From: Octopus sinensis
Lineage: Eukaryota
Assembly: GCF_006345805.1 (NCBI RefSeq)
Contig: NC_042999.1
Location: 93,062,001 to 93,126,000 of the forward strand
Direction of reading: 5' to 3'
Length of the DNA stretch: 64,000 nt
Under the pieces are notes generated by a model, which searched no databases, was not told the origin of the DNA, and saw only the letters and a list, made by a program, of their open reading frames with translations. The stretch's first letter is position 1; each line of letters starts with the position of its first letter. Positions 39,640-52,559 of the stretch are shown piece after piece. A program made the position numbers and the translations under genes.

Positions 39640-40240
39640 AGCGAGTTAATGAGATCGTCAGTACTATACCAACACACCGAGCAGGAACAGGGGGGGGGGG
39701 GGCTCACTCAACAACATAGAATTATGTCCACACATAGAATGGACGCAACGCTTAGACAAATTACAGAAGCTACACATGTAATAAAACATAAACCCAGCCT
39801 AAATAGAAAATTAGAATGGAGCCCATGTCACAACATGATAACAGAGTAAGATCCCCATAAACTTTAATAATATAAAACTGATAGAATAAATAGATAAATA
39901 AATGGAATTAAGTAATTAAACACACAAACAAAATATAATAAACCGATACAAAAATGAATAAGTAGATAAAAATAAATAAATAAAATGAAATAAAATGAAC
40001 GTGGATAAACAGGGGATACTGATATTGCAGATACCATTCACATTCCGACACACACAATTACCAAACATAGGTACACACAGGGATATACGCATGCACAAAT
40101 ATAGACACATACAACAGGAACACAAAATGGCAGATCGTTATGAAGGAGAGACACAAAAAAATAAAGAAGAAAGCAAAGGGCTACTGATGAGGTCACAGAC
40201 GTGTGACGAAATAACTGTGGCCGAAATAACACCTAATAAA
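39640..40240 (+). mobile_element. Penelope-like 3' fragment (GIY-YIG C-terminus + UTR with hammerhead motif)
   Basis: RIMSTHRMDATLRQITEATHVIKHKPSLNRKLEW resembles the PLE endonuclease tail; CTGATGA-g-gtcaca-gacg-tgtgac-GAAA at 40184-40211. Confidence 0.55.
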
Positions 40241-40356
40241 TAGTGCATGCGTTTTGATTGGCTAAATAATTGACAACATGACCATCCTCAAATACAACTA
40301 CATCTGTTTCAACACACGAGTTCACATTAAGAATCTTGCAAAACGAATACGTAAAC

Positions 40357-40400
<44 letters not shown>

Positions 40401-40405
<5 letters not shown>

Positions 40406-40590
40406 TAATCCAAACATGAAAACACAAAGAGAAAACACAAGGTGAGGACGTGGAACAAGTATAGTATTATTGGACGCTCAGGAAAGAAGGAAAGAAGGAG
40501 GGTTTAACGTTTCGAGTGGAGCTCTTCGTCAGAAACTTTGGTAAAGAAAAGATCCAAAGAAGGGAAGACAGAGGAAAAAAAATCCCCACT
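40401..40590 (-). mobile_element. Penelope-like terminal-repeat fragment carrying a hammerhead
   Basis: Contains the hammerhead at 40502-40536; lies next to a (TA)n tract. Confidence 0.55.
40502..40536 (-). ncRNA. Minimal type I hammerhead ribozyme motif (Penelope type)
   Basis: GUUU-CUGACGA-A-GAGC-UCC-ACUC-GAAAC-GUU-AAAC: 4-bp helix I, helix II with one mismatch, palindromic AACGUU helix III. Confidence 0.7.
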
Positions 40591-40755
40591 GTATGTGTCT
40601 ATACACGCGGTCCCATTTTGAATATATATATATAGCATTATTAAATCTCAGAATGAGATTGAAACAGTAATCGCTCGATAATGTAAAATATAGAAGCCAT
40701 CTTAACATGGCTAACCCCCTCCCCTATGTGTTTAGCTAGGTTAAGATGGCTTCTA

Positions 40756-40799
<44 letters not shown>

Positions 40800-41011
40800 C
40801 GTTGTGTCTGGGGAGAGTGATTCTCTGTTAATGCCTTTCTAATTAACACACTCACCAATTCAATTTCCTCTCATTCATTATATTTTTTCTAAAATTTTCG
40901 TTTCTTCTTTCAACCTCTTCAATAGTTGTTGACTCTGTTCGTTATCAGAACTGCTTTCTTTTTGCTTGTTTGTGCGCATGTGTCAGTATGTGTCAGTATG
41001 CATGTGTACGC

Positions 41012-41044
<33 letters not shown>

Positions 41045-42334
41045 TGTATGTATGTATATATGTATGACTGCGTGTGTGTGTATAAATATGTGTGTGTGTG
41101 TACATTTGTGCCTTGTGAGTGTGCATGTGTGTATCATATAAATGTATATACTCAGTTAAAGAGTGCATTGGATTCACTTAGTATTTGATGGGCGTATCAC
41201 ATAAGGCTGAATATACCTTTTGTGGGTCTATCTTATTAGGAAGCAGTAACAGGAGGCTTCGGTGTCGAATTACTTTCTAAAATAAATTCATTACTGTAAG
41301 TTATAATAAAATGGGATATCAACTGTTTAAATGATTTGTGTATTAATATAAAAAATAAAAGCTGGGGATATGTATCAACAAAAATATATGGTTAATTCAG
41401 AGATTGTTAATGGAAGGATATATTTGTATAATTCACATATATTTGCAATCGACACAAGTGTATACTTCTCGTATGGAATTTACTAAAATGAACTGAGGCA
41501 ATATTAATTTCAAATGCCAATACAATGAGATTTTGCTACAATGTTTGCAATACTATTGATACTCCTCGGTTGACATAACCATCTGATGATTAGAGTGAAA
41601 CAAGAACATTATATGAAGACAAGATATTGATTTTTATTTAGCTATTAAGTACAGTAATCTTCACTTTCTCTTTTGTAGTATGATGTTCGTGTTACAACTT
41701 GAAATTGCATGTATATGTATTCCTATAGAATAAAACTTATCAACATATACGTATATACATGGATAATATATATATGTATGTATGTACATATATGTATGCA
41801 TATATATATGTGTGTGTGTGTGTGTGCATATATATGTATATATATATATATATACGTGTGTATTTATATAGATGTATATACATACATATATACACACATA
41901 TATACACTCTCTCTGTGGCACGCACACACACATATACGATAGTTCACAGTAGCTATTTCAATTCATCTAAAAGAGAGTAGAATTTTATTAGAATTTCTCT
42001 ATATGCTAGTGAAACTTGATTTAATTATGGCTATAGTAACAATATCCATGATAAGGAAAATGGAAGAATTATGTATTCTTTTTCGAAGTCGATATAATTA
42101 CAATATTTTTAATATGGGGTTTAAAAATGATATATAAATACATGAAGGATTTTTGTAAGGGTGTTTTTTCTTACCCAACCCATAAACAGGATAGCTGCCT
42201 TTATACACTTGTTACAATCTAAAGCTGCTGAACGTGTGAGTCTGAACCCCGATGAAAGACAGCTCAAGTAATAATATACAGATGGGCGTGTATAATTATA
42301 CGCGCGGCGCACACGCACATGTAGATATATATTC

Positions 42335-42560
42335 TTTTTATCCTTTTACTTTTTCAGTCATTTGACTGTGGCCATGCTCGGGCAACGCCTGGGTCTCGAA
42401 TGGATCGAGACCCAGAACTTGTTTTCTTCTTTTGAGGCTGGTAATTATTCTACCGGACCCATTTGCCGACTCGCTAAGTTACACGGACATAGACACACCA
42501 CCACTGGTTGTCAAGCGGTGTGCCGCACAAATACATACACAAACACACACATACGCGCAC
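42335..42560 (-). mobile_element. SINE family 1, 3' half
   Basis: ttcagtcatttgactgtggccatgctcggg..cgctaagttacacggac..ggttgtcaagcgg. Confidence 0.7.
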
Positions 42561-43267
42561 ACGCACACACACAAACACGCATGCATACACACACATACGT
42601 CGGATTATTAGTCTCACAATGCGTAAGCGAAATATGCTTCTGCTTGTACATATTTTATATGTGCATATGTATTTTGTTCGATACAGGCATTTACTATGAA
42701 AATTCATTATTTAGAATGTTCTACAAGTGAATATGACTTGTAGAATACTTTAGCTTTCGCTGTCAGCCCAATTTATTTTCGCGTGCTTATACAAATTTGT
42801 GTTGGTAAAACAGGATCTGAATGGGCGTTGACTATGAAATATAAGTTAGCATTCATTCTCTCAATCTCATATCTCCGGTGACATTGATCAACGAGGGATT
42901 GCCGCATCAAAGTATTTGAATTTTTTGAAAATATCGAATTTATCAGAAAACTTTGAATAGCTTGTTATAGTCTCCATTGAAAATGAGATAACATGCAAAA
43001 TTTCATTCACTGGATGACAAACAGAAGCTGATAATTCGGATCATGCATACATAAATGAACTCAGTACTTCATACGAAACACTAACTGCGGAATGTTCGTG
43101 AAAGTGAAGTTGTTATGGCATCAATGTAAGCTATACATCTACCTACTTAAATACATATAAAGATATATACATATACACATGAACACAGGAAAACATGTAT
43201 ATATAGATAGGCATATACATACGTACATGTATTTAAATACACACACACTCATATGTAAGTGTGCACG

Positions 43268-43298
<31 letters not shown>

Positions 43299-45409
43299 TG
43301 TGTGTGTGTGTGTGTGTCTGTATGCACGTTTGTAAGTTACATCTATACTGGACGACACCCTCCCCATAATTTTGGGATCAGTAAATAGTTCCACATTCAA
43401 CACGTATATTCCACGAGGTTTGGAAATAGTCATTATAAACCTGTATATGCTAGTCTAAGTTGTTCGACATAAGTTGTCTAATAATAGTAAGAGATGCTGA
43501 AAATGGTTTAATGGTTTGTGTAATATACGCACCATTCCACGAGACGAATGTTGTTGCGCAAGTCGATTGGCACGATTATGGAGCATTATTATTTGTATAC
43601 TTTGGTATTTGTAACAAAATACCAAGGAACCGACTCAACCTCTTTGCACACCACTACCACTCTTTCCTGGGTATTTGTAACACAATACAGAGGAAGTGTC
43701 TGAATCTGTTTGCACATCACAACTACTGATCATGCTGAACAACCTTCGTTCGGGGAGATAGGCATATATTGTATAAAATCTATGAAAAATACAATTATGC
43801 CTTCTGTGCTTCGTAGCATATATACATACATGCATGCGCACATACGTAGATCGATATTTATTTGAAGACGATGGTTGAGAAGCATTTGAATTATAGGGAA
43901 TCGAATGATTCATCTTCAAACGAGAACTTCGTAAACAAGGCTTGACCTCAATCTGAGATATTTTTCTTGTTAAAATGTTTGCACCAATTGCAATGAGGTC
44001 TGTTTGACCAGATCTCGATTTGATAGTAATATGAAATGACCAACACTCGTCCAGTACTCCAGCCGCCCTGGACGTGGAATATCTCCGGCCACCCCAGGTT
44101 AGCCTACACAACACTATGTCGGGTTCTGAAACCTCCAATGGTAGAGTGTGGGTGATCCTCTTTTGTATCCGTCATTCTCTCTCCAGGTTAAAATTTATTC
44201 AAACTATTTTTGAAAATCCTAATTTGATACCCCACCATAAATGTTACCTCATTCTCAACAAATCTCTTAAAATCTCACACTCTTTAACCCCTTACTTGGG
44301 ATCTAAAATTGCCTCCTCAGTAGACCCAAACTATGGGCCTATGAGCCATTCATCTGACCTTCACCTTGACAGGTTGGACAGTAATTCTATAAGTTTCGAG
44401 AATCTTACTCACTTTTATAATAGTGACGTTAGCCAATTTGCCCCTGGTTCGTGTAACCGTTACACTTGTGACTACAGTGATGCAGCTCAGAGTTCCATAC
44501 TTGAGATGATAACACCTCTGGTCGTGCCTCTAGCATAACTCATAAAAATCATCAAAAGGTGGAGATTAAATATAAATACACCGGTAGTGGAAAAACTATA
44601 ATTGTTAGATAGATTTTGCTTGCGCTATAATGTGGTATATAAATGTCAAGTTATAACCAAACGTTCCCACGAGGCTAGGGTCAAAATTGGAAGTAGTCTT
44701 GAATTCAAGCAATGTTACCGGGTGGATGGTAGCTGGTTTTCAAACAAACCCTTCAAAATATTCTTCCCAGATGCATATTACACATCATCTCAAGTATCCG
44801 AGCATATGTAATACCTTATCTTGGCCCAGTGTTTGTTGGGTTCACTTATAAGGCTGTTCACTGCGTTGTAGTATATGTTGACAGGAATCACTCGCGATTC
44901 TTATTCCTTTTATTACCGAATTACTCAATAGGTTCTCTGGCGTACTTTTCACATGTACACTTAAGTTTTGTTCCACATTTACTCATTATACAAAATCTTT
45001 ATAATTTATTCTCATTGTGCAGAATCTATTTTCATTTTATCCAAGTATGTAACTATCAATTCTCCCCGTACTTGTAGCATATTCATTACCTCTCAACATA
45101 CTTTATTCTTCCGTCACCTACCCCTACATATTTACATAAATGTTTTTCTCTTCTCGCCGCTTTTAATGGCCAGTTTACATTCCTAATTGACTTATGGTTT
45201 GCTTAATACTATATTTACACCCCTTGATGTTTCTTTCTACCCGGAACACTGCTTTGAAATTAATTTTCGCATCTTCTCCATTCTTCTCTTTGCCCCTCCT
45301 ATTCTTGTCTTCTTTTCTACTTATATTCAAGAAGTTATCCTTCTTCCTCTTTCCCACACCCTTAATCTCTCTCTGCTTTCTTTCACCCTTTAGCCTCCTA
45401 TTTCTGTTA

Positions 45410-45620
45410 ATGAACCGCATTTATCAATCTTCTTTTGATGAAGGAAGCCAGACTCAGTGCAGTAACTTCATGCGGCTAGTTACCGGTTACTTACCCATGG
45501 TGTTACGTAAATTTCAACTATAATTTATGATCATTTGGATTCCAATGTAATTCAGACGTTCTTGAAACAGCAGTCGAGTTCAGAAATGACATACTTTTTT
45601 ACTCTGGATTATTGCGCCCC
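45410..45620 (-). mobile_element. Possible decayed CR1-type LINE C-terminal fragment
   Basis: FQERLNYIG...GN*PHEVTALSLASFIKRRL weakly resembles the YEERL...WNxLPxEVVxAxSLxSFKxRLD motif. Confidence 0.25.
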
Positions 45621-45823
45621 AGGTGAATCTATTTATATTAAGTCAAACAATGTTGATAACCACTACTACCTTCGTATCAGTTCAGTTTGGTCTTGCCCTG
45701 AATGCGGGGAACAGAGTTTCAGTTTAAATCTTTTTCAGACTACTACGTATTTTCTATATTCAAAATACCAGACTCTTACATATTGTGTGTAAACACACAT
45801 TCACACATACATGTATGTAAACT

Positions 45824-45854
<31 letters not shown>

Positions 45855-46451
45855 ATACATATATAAGTGTATATATGTATATGTGTAAGTATATGTATAA
45901 ATAATTATATTTCTATGGACGTATAAATAATTGTATACGCATACATTTATTTATACGTGTATATAAATTAATGTAATTTTATACGTATAAATATGTGCAC
46001 ATACAGATATTTATTATTTATATTTATATACGCATTTTATATTTATATACGCATATGTAAATATATACATATACATAAATATTAAAGCACGCACAATATC
46101 ATAAATAATGCAGTAATCTGTATTAATGTATGAACTAATGAGCGTTGAGATTTCATATTCGAAAACATGTATTTTGACATCTGTGAAGCATTGTATCTGT
46201 AACAGGATTGATGTTTAACTATAGGCAGATAAGCGTCCTTTGTTATGATAACGAACCCCCTAATATTGCCGTAATGAATTGCTCTCGAGCAGTAACTGAA
46301 TTAGCCACATTTTTTTTCTTTTGATAATTTAGTCATAGCAACGGTATTTACTTTTAGTATTCCTCCTAATCGCACACAAAACTTTCATTCCTTTGTACGT
46401 ATATAGGGAGATGCATGCACACTTAACCCACAACGAATGCATATATGCATC

Positions 46452-46650
<199 letters not shown>

Positions 46651-48891
46651 GTATGTATGTGTGCATGTAAACACACGCGCATTTATGTATATATTATGTA
46701 TGCATATATATTTCTGTCTATATACCTATCTCCCTTTTCATGAATATATATGTGTGTGTGTGCGTGTGTGTGTACGCGTGTGTGTGTGTGTGTCGTGTGT
46801 ATAAATAAATGTACATACAAACAGAAAGGCCTGTGTCTATGTAATTTTGTTTGTTGTTTTCGTGCATGCATGTTTACATATTAGATTTATCTCTGTAAAA
46901 AATATTTACTTTAGCTTGCAAGCACATAATACGAAAAATGCTGACGCAGTGTACCGTCCTTTCATGTATGTGTGTGTATGATTGTATATGAGTGCACGAA
47001 CACAAATATGACACTTGGGAAAACGCAGAAACGCACATACATACACGTGAACACACAAACCCCCACACACAATCACTCACACACATACACACTCACAGAT
47101 TGTTTACACATAGATATGTGCCCAATAAGCATGCATACACAATGCATTATATATTTTGCCACTTATATTCATTATTCCAATTGAATGTAAATAGCAAAAT
47201 TCTCTTCATTTCCGAAGAGAATTTGAAGAATAAACAACACAATTCATTCACTAGTGCTCTCTGTAACATAACTATAATAAGCAAAACTGGTTTTATATTT
47301 ATAATAGCAACTTTTTATCCAGACAAATCGTCATGGAAACACCAGAGGCAGAAGATTTTCGATGCGCAAGCATTGAATAATTCTTGTTTTGCATCAACGC
47401 ATATCTTGTACAGCACGGCAAAAAGATTTACTATTTGAAAATGGACATTAATAATCTTTAGTAAGAATTGCAAATAGAAAATCTGGAATATAAATCAGTT
47501 GTGCTTTATAACCAGATGATATTGTTTCGCTATTCATGGTCCCATGGCTTTCTCTGTATACATGACACTATCTTCTGGGGCACTGCCTGGCATTATGGAG
47601 ATGGTTTTTCTGTAGAATGTTATCATATATTTGGACATGCATCGCTAGTCGCTATGATGTATTTGCTTGCTGCTCTTTGAGACATTACGTATTTTTCTAT
47701 TGCTTATTCATATTTGGGTAGTCGTAGTTTGCCGATTGTTAACACACACCAGCATACGAATATGAAACTACAAACACAGACCTAATAATGTATATACGAC
47801 AACTCATTTATATATTCTATATATTCACAAACAACCAGACATACCTACACATTTATACATACATGTGTGCATGTAAATAAATATGTGTATATATATATAT
47901 GTGTGCACATACAGTCATACACACACAAACACACACACATATATATATATAACATATACATGTATACCTGCGTGAGTGTGTGTGTATATCAATATATACG
48001 CTCATACGTAAGCAACTAAATATATATATATATATACACACACACACAAACATAAACAGACACCACATATATATGTGTGTATGTATATGTGCATATATAT
48101 ACATACACACATATCTAATGCATATATATATGTATATATATATATATATGTGTGTGTGTGTGGATGCACATATGTATATATATACACACATATATGTGTG
48201 TATGTTTGTGAGTATGTTTGTGTGTGAGCGTATGTATGTATTAACATATACAAGAATTTATGAATACAAAAATGAGTGTGTCGGAGTGTATTGCTCTGAT
48301 TTTAGAAAGCAATTGAATACACATACATATCTCTGTATGTGTCATCTTGGAAACATTTTCCTCTGTATTCAAAAGCAACTTTGCATAATCATTAATACAT
48401 TCAGACACACAGACGCACAGGCAATGACACAAACACGCACACACACACACACACATGTATGTATGCACATACGTACATCCATACCATCAAAAATACACAT
48501 ACGTAACTCCCACATTAAACAGGTTATTTTAAATATGCACATTTAGTAGACGCATATGCATATATTTATATTCATGTTGAACAATTTTATTTCCCCATTT
48601 TTGCCTGCCTTTGTGTCTGTAGCTATGTATGTATGTATGTATGTATGTATGTATGTATGTATGTATATATGTAAATAGGTAGGTATCTATCTATCTATCT
48701 ATAGTGCCTTCGAAGGCACTGTCATTATTATATTAGTATATTAAAAATATATATTCTACAAAAATATAAAGTAACTCGTCAATTCGCCACATATATTATG
48801 TGTCGTCTCACTTAACCACAATTTAAAACGTAAATTTGAAGAGTGCTGAAAGAATATAAAACTATTTGACTATGCAATATATACATATATA

Positions 48892-48928
<37 letters not shown>

Positions 48929-48983
48929 GTGTGTGTGTACATATATATAGGTAGGCGTATATGAAGACAAATGCATATATATA

Positions 48984-49792
48984 CATGGGTTGGAGAAAAT
49001 AATGGAAACAGCTAGCATCATAGCATCATAATTTTAAAATATCTATAAAACCGTCAAAAACTTGTTTATTAATTTTTTATTCATTTATTTGTGTTGCTTA
49101 ACATGTTTTGCTAACATTGCTGTTTCTTTTCAGATATCATCAGAGAAAGTTAATTAAAAGTCATTAAAATGACAATCTATCAAGCTTTCAAAGAAGTGAA
49201 ATTGTTGGTGCTCGAATGACAAGACGCTGGCTTAGCAAAAACAGCCGAAATGTTGTTGATTCAAGAAGTATTTTCCCGAAAGTAATGACAGCCTTTGAGA
49301 AAAAGGGAAAAACCTCCTTGTCGAAACAAAACTCCAGAAGAATACCAAATCTTTCAGACATGGACCGTCGGACTCTTACGCGAATTGTTAGAAAGGATCA
49401 CAAAAGTACAGTCCCCAAAATTACTGCAGAGCTTAATGACCACCTCGAGAAAACAGTTTCCAGAAAAACTGTTGCCGAGAGCTGCACAAAGTTGGATTTC
49501 ACGGGTGGGCTGCTATCAGAAAAGTACTAATTTAAAAAAAACGTTGCAAAGCATTTAGATTGGAGTAAATTCCTACTGAATTGGTCCCTAGAGCAGTGGA
49601 AGAATCTTATTTTCTCGGATGAGTCATACTTTACCTAATTTCCGACCACCAGCCTAGTATACGTGTGGAGACAGCCAAAAAATGCATTTAAGCAAGACTG
49701 CCTTCTACCAACTGTTAAATATGGTCCTACCCCATAAAAAAATAAAGTTTATTGAAATTTTAAGGTGTTTCCATTATTTTGTCCAACCCCTG
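48984..49792 (+). mobile_element. Tc1-family DNA transposon, internally deleted, TIRs and TA TSD intact
   Basis: Left TA|catgggttggagaaaataatggaaaca; right tgtttccattattttgtccaacccctg|TA; transposase remnants FQRSEIVGARM, DRRTLTRIVRKDHK..KITAELNDHL and WKNLIFSDES. Confidence 0.9.
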
Positions 49793-49795
49793 TAT

Positions 49796-52060
49796 ATCTG
49801 TGTATATGTGCGTCAGTCTTCTAAATACTGCCGCTGCCCTGCCAAGTTTGCAGCTTACATCTGTCTCTACATAGCCGTTGCTTCTCACTATGCTTTCTAG
49901 ATATGTGAAGCTTGTGACTTCTTCAACTGCTTCTTTTCCAACTGTCGTTGTTACACTGTCCACTTGTTTCCACTTGTTTCCTAACTTTCATTATCTTCAT
50001 AATTTGATCGCTAACTCTCAACCCAGTCATTGCCGCTTTCCTTTTCATTTTTGATATCATTTATTTTAATGTTAGGCGATTCTCAACCAACAGAGCAATG
50101 TCATCGGCTAAATCCAAGTCTGTAAGCTGGCCCCTCACCATCCATGTTATGCCTACAACTCTTTCCAACATTGATCTTCGCATAATCAGATCGATGACCC
50201 TCAGAAAAAACATGGGACAATTTCGTCTTACTCCAGTGACGATCTTAAGAAAAATGCACGCAGTCAAAACTCGTTTTTGAATTCAATGAACTTTATCATT
50301 AGTGGTATTTCGTGTTGCATGCATTGTTCTCCGATGCTGTGCAGTGTGGATAATTGCTTGCAGCACGATCTGCTGGGTCGAAATCGGGCTTGTAGTTCTC
50401 TCAGCTTCACATCTAGTGCAAACTTCAAGCGAACAGCAACACTGAACACAGTACTTTACCTGGCGTTGACAATAGTGTTTTTGTCTTTCAGTCTTGACAG
50501 TTGATCAAATCTTCTTTCCTTCGTAGTTTAATAATGACTCCTTTGGTCCAATCTTCAGGTACCCTTTTTTCACCCAGCATGCATTACATAACTGTGTCAA
50601 CTTTTCGACCATGATCTCTTCACCTGCTTTCATTAATTCGGCTGAAATGTTGTCCAGTCCTGGTGCTTTATTGTTTTTTAGTCTCTTCAATGCTCCTCTC
50701 ACTTCATCGTCCCTTATCGGTTTCCTTTTTCCTTCCGAATGTTCTATTTGTAGGTCCTCTAAATTCAATTCTACTATTGGTGCTGGTTGATTTAGGTTTT
50801 CTTTAAAGCGTTTCATCGATCTCGCTATTTGTTGTTCTTCACTTAGCAGAGTCTTCTGGATCTTTTCAGTCTGAACGGCAGTTTTTAACATAATTTCTAG
50901 GTAACTAAAAAATTTGAAACTTCGTATACTGGTAGAATGTGTTTATAAAAGATCTTTTTCTCTTGGCTTTATTGAGAAAATTCTATAGTTTGTAAGATAT
51001 TTGGTCTTTAATTTCTTCAATTTCTGCAATTTCAAACAATCACTGGCGTCTATTGAGTTAAAAAGCATTCTGTGCCGTATGAAATGTCCCTCGTTTAAGA
51101 AACAGATTGGGTTTATTTACATTTCTGAAGAAAAAAAAGATACCCTTCCCCCACCCCTAACCCTAACCCTAACCCTAACCCTAACTAAGCCTAACTAACC
51201 CTAAATCTAAAATAGATTGAAATGCAATAGATCGATTCTAGGGTCATAATTATGGGTGACAATTTCATATGACTCCGCTAGAAAAAAACCCCAAAAAGAT
51301 CCAGTCTTCTCATTCTTATTCTTCAGTGGCAAACTGCCCCATCCTCTTGATCCCATTAAATCTCTCACGATTCTCTACAGGGTTCAGATGCAATATTTTT
51401 GCTGCCTTCTGAGCTTCCGTAATCCTTTCTTCCGTCCATTTTCTTCTGTCTCTCCTGCCTCCTCTCTTTACTTGCCTACAACTCGATATTGCTCTTCTGC
51501 TGCTTTTTTTTTGTTTTGTTTTCGTTTGGTCCCTTTCTCTTTTGTTTACCTTCCTGCTGTGAATCAACTGCCAAATATCTGGCATGTTTCATGTAGCAAT
51601 CATATAAGTATATAGCTGAAGATTCGTCTGTACAAAATAGCATTACCGACAATAGTGATCTGTGCAGCTTAGACCTGGAACATGAAACAGAAAAATGCCC
51701 GCCAACTCGACGTATTTTATCAGTAGTGCCTCAGAAGGATCCTGAGAAGCACTTATCGAGTGACGAATGAAGCCGTTCTCCGAGCAGCAACAGTAAGTCC
51801 CCTGCCTGCAATTGTAACCGAATGACGAATGAGAATGGTTGGGTACATACTAAAGCTGCCAGAGGAGAGGATTTCCAAAACTGTTGTGGGCTGGATGCTG
51901 CTAGAAGGTAAAACAAAAAGAGGCCGACCAAGCAAGACACGTCGTTGTACTTTCAAAGAAGACCTATGCAGACTAAATATTACCTGGAAAGAACCAGAGA
52001 GATTGGCCAGGAACGGAGATAATTGGCATTGACTGACTGCTTGGTATGCCACTCAAATGC
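49796..52060. mobile_element. RTE-clade LINE fragment with inverted 5' part (49796-about 51587 minus; about 51588-52060 plus)
   Basis: Minus: RRDRRKW..EAQKAA, KNNKAPGLDNISAELMK, FRPSRSC, LTDLDLADDIALL, FTYLESIV, LGRAAAVFRRL; plus continues ISI*LKIRLY..TWNM..LDVFYQ*CLRRIL..RGRPSKT. Confidence 0.85.
50885..51285. mobile_element. Unclassified AT-rich insertion of about 400 bp inside the RTE, containing (CCCTAA)5
   Basis: Interrupts RTE coding homology; five perfect CCCTAA at 51155-51184 plus degenerate copies. Confidence 0.55.
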
Positions 52061-52559
52061 CTCAACAGGCCCAAGAAAAAGAAGTATATCTCTGTGTACA
52101 TGCGCGCGTGTGTAGACAAGATTTATTCTGTTGAGAAAATATATAAGAAAAGCCAAGTTACCTCAAGAAATTCTTAGTGGAAAGTTTTAACTGTTGCTTG
52201 GGTGGGCCATGAAATTTTTGAAAATGTTTGTGGGGAATTTTTATTTTAGAATGTAGTATGAAACTTACGAAACCTGAGTTTTATTTGACGTTAAGATTAA
52301 TAATTGTTGTTTTCTGTGTCACAGTATATTATTGTGTACGACGTCATATCCGTTAGGGAGCAACTTCTAGACTTCCACTCATTGAGTACTATCGGTATTT
52401 CGTCACTGGAAACCGGTTGCGTGGGCAGGTAAGTCTTAGCATTCGTCATAGCTAGTGGGTCTTATTTTGCTTTCGCGCTGAGTATTTTCGCAGGGTTTGC
52501 TTCTTTTAATCATGATTTTCTATTTTAAACAAGTTTTCTACTTTGTGAGGAAGCAATAT

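Noticed and set aside
44040-44830. GC-richer patch with overlapping 154-aa and 167-aa ORFs
   Set aside because: No convincing domain motif in any frame; probably an old TE fragment, but unassignable without a search
47200-47700. Moderately complex ORFs (148 aa, 70 aa) that might be receptor exons
   Set aside because: No recognisable motifs, stops in all frames and no clear splice pair
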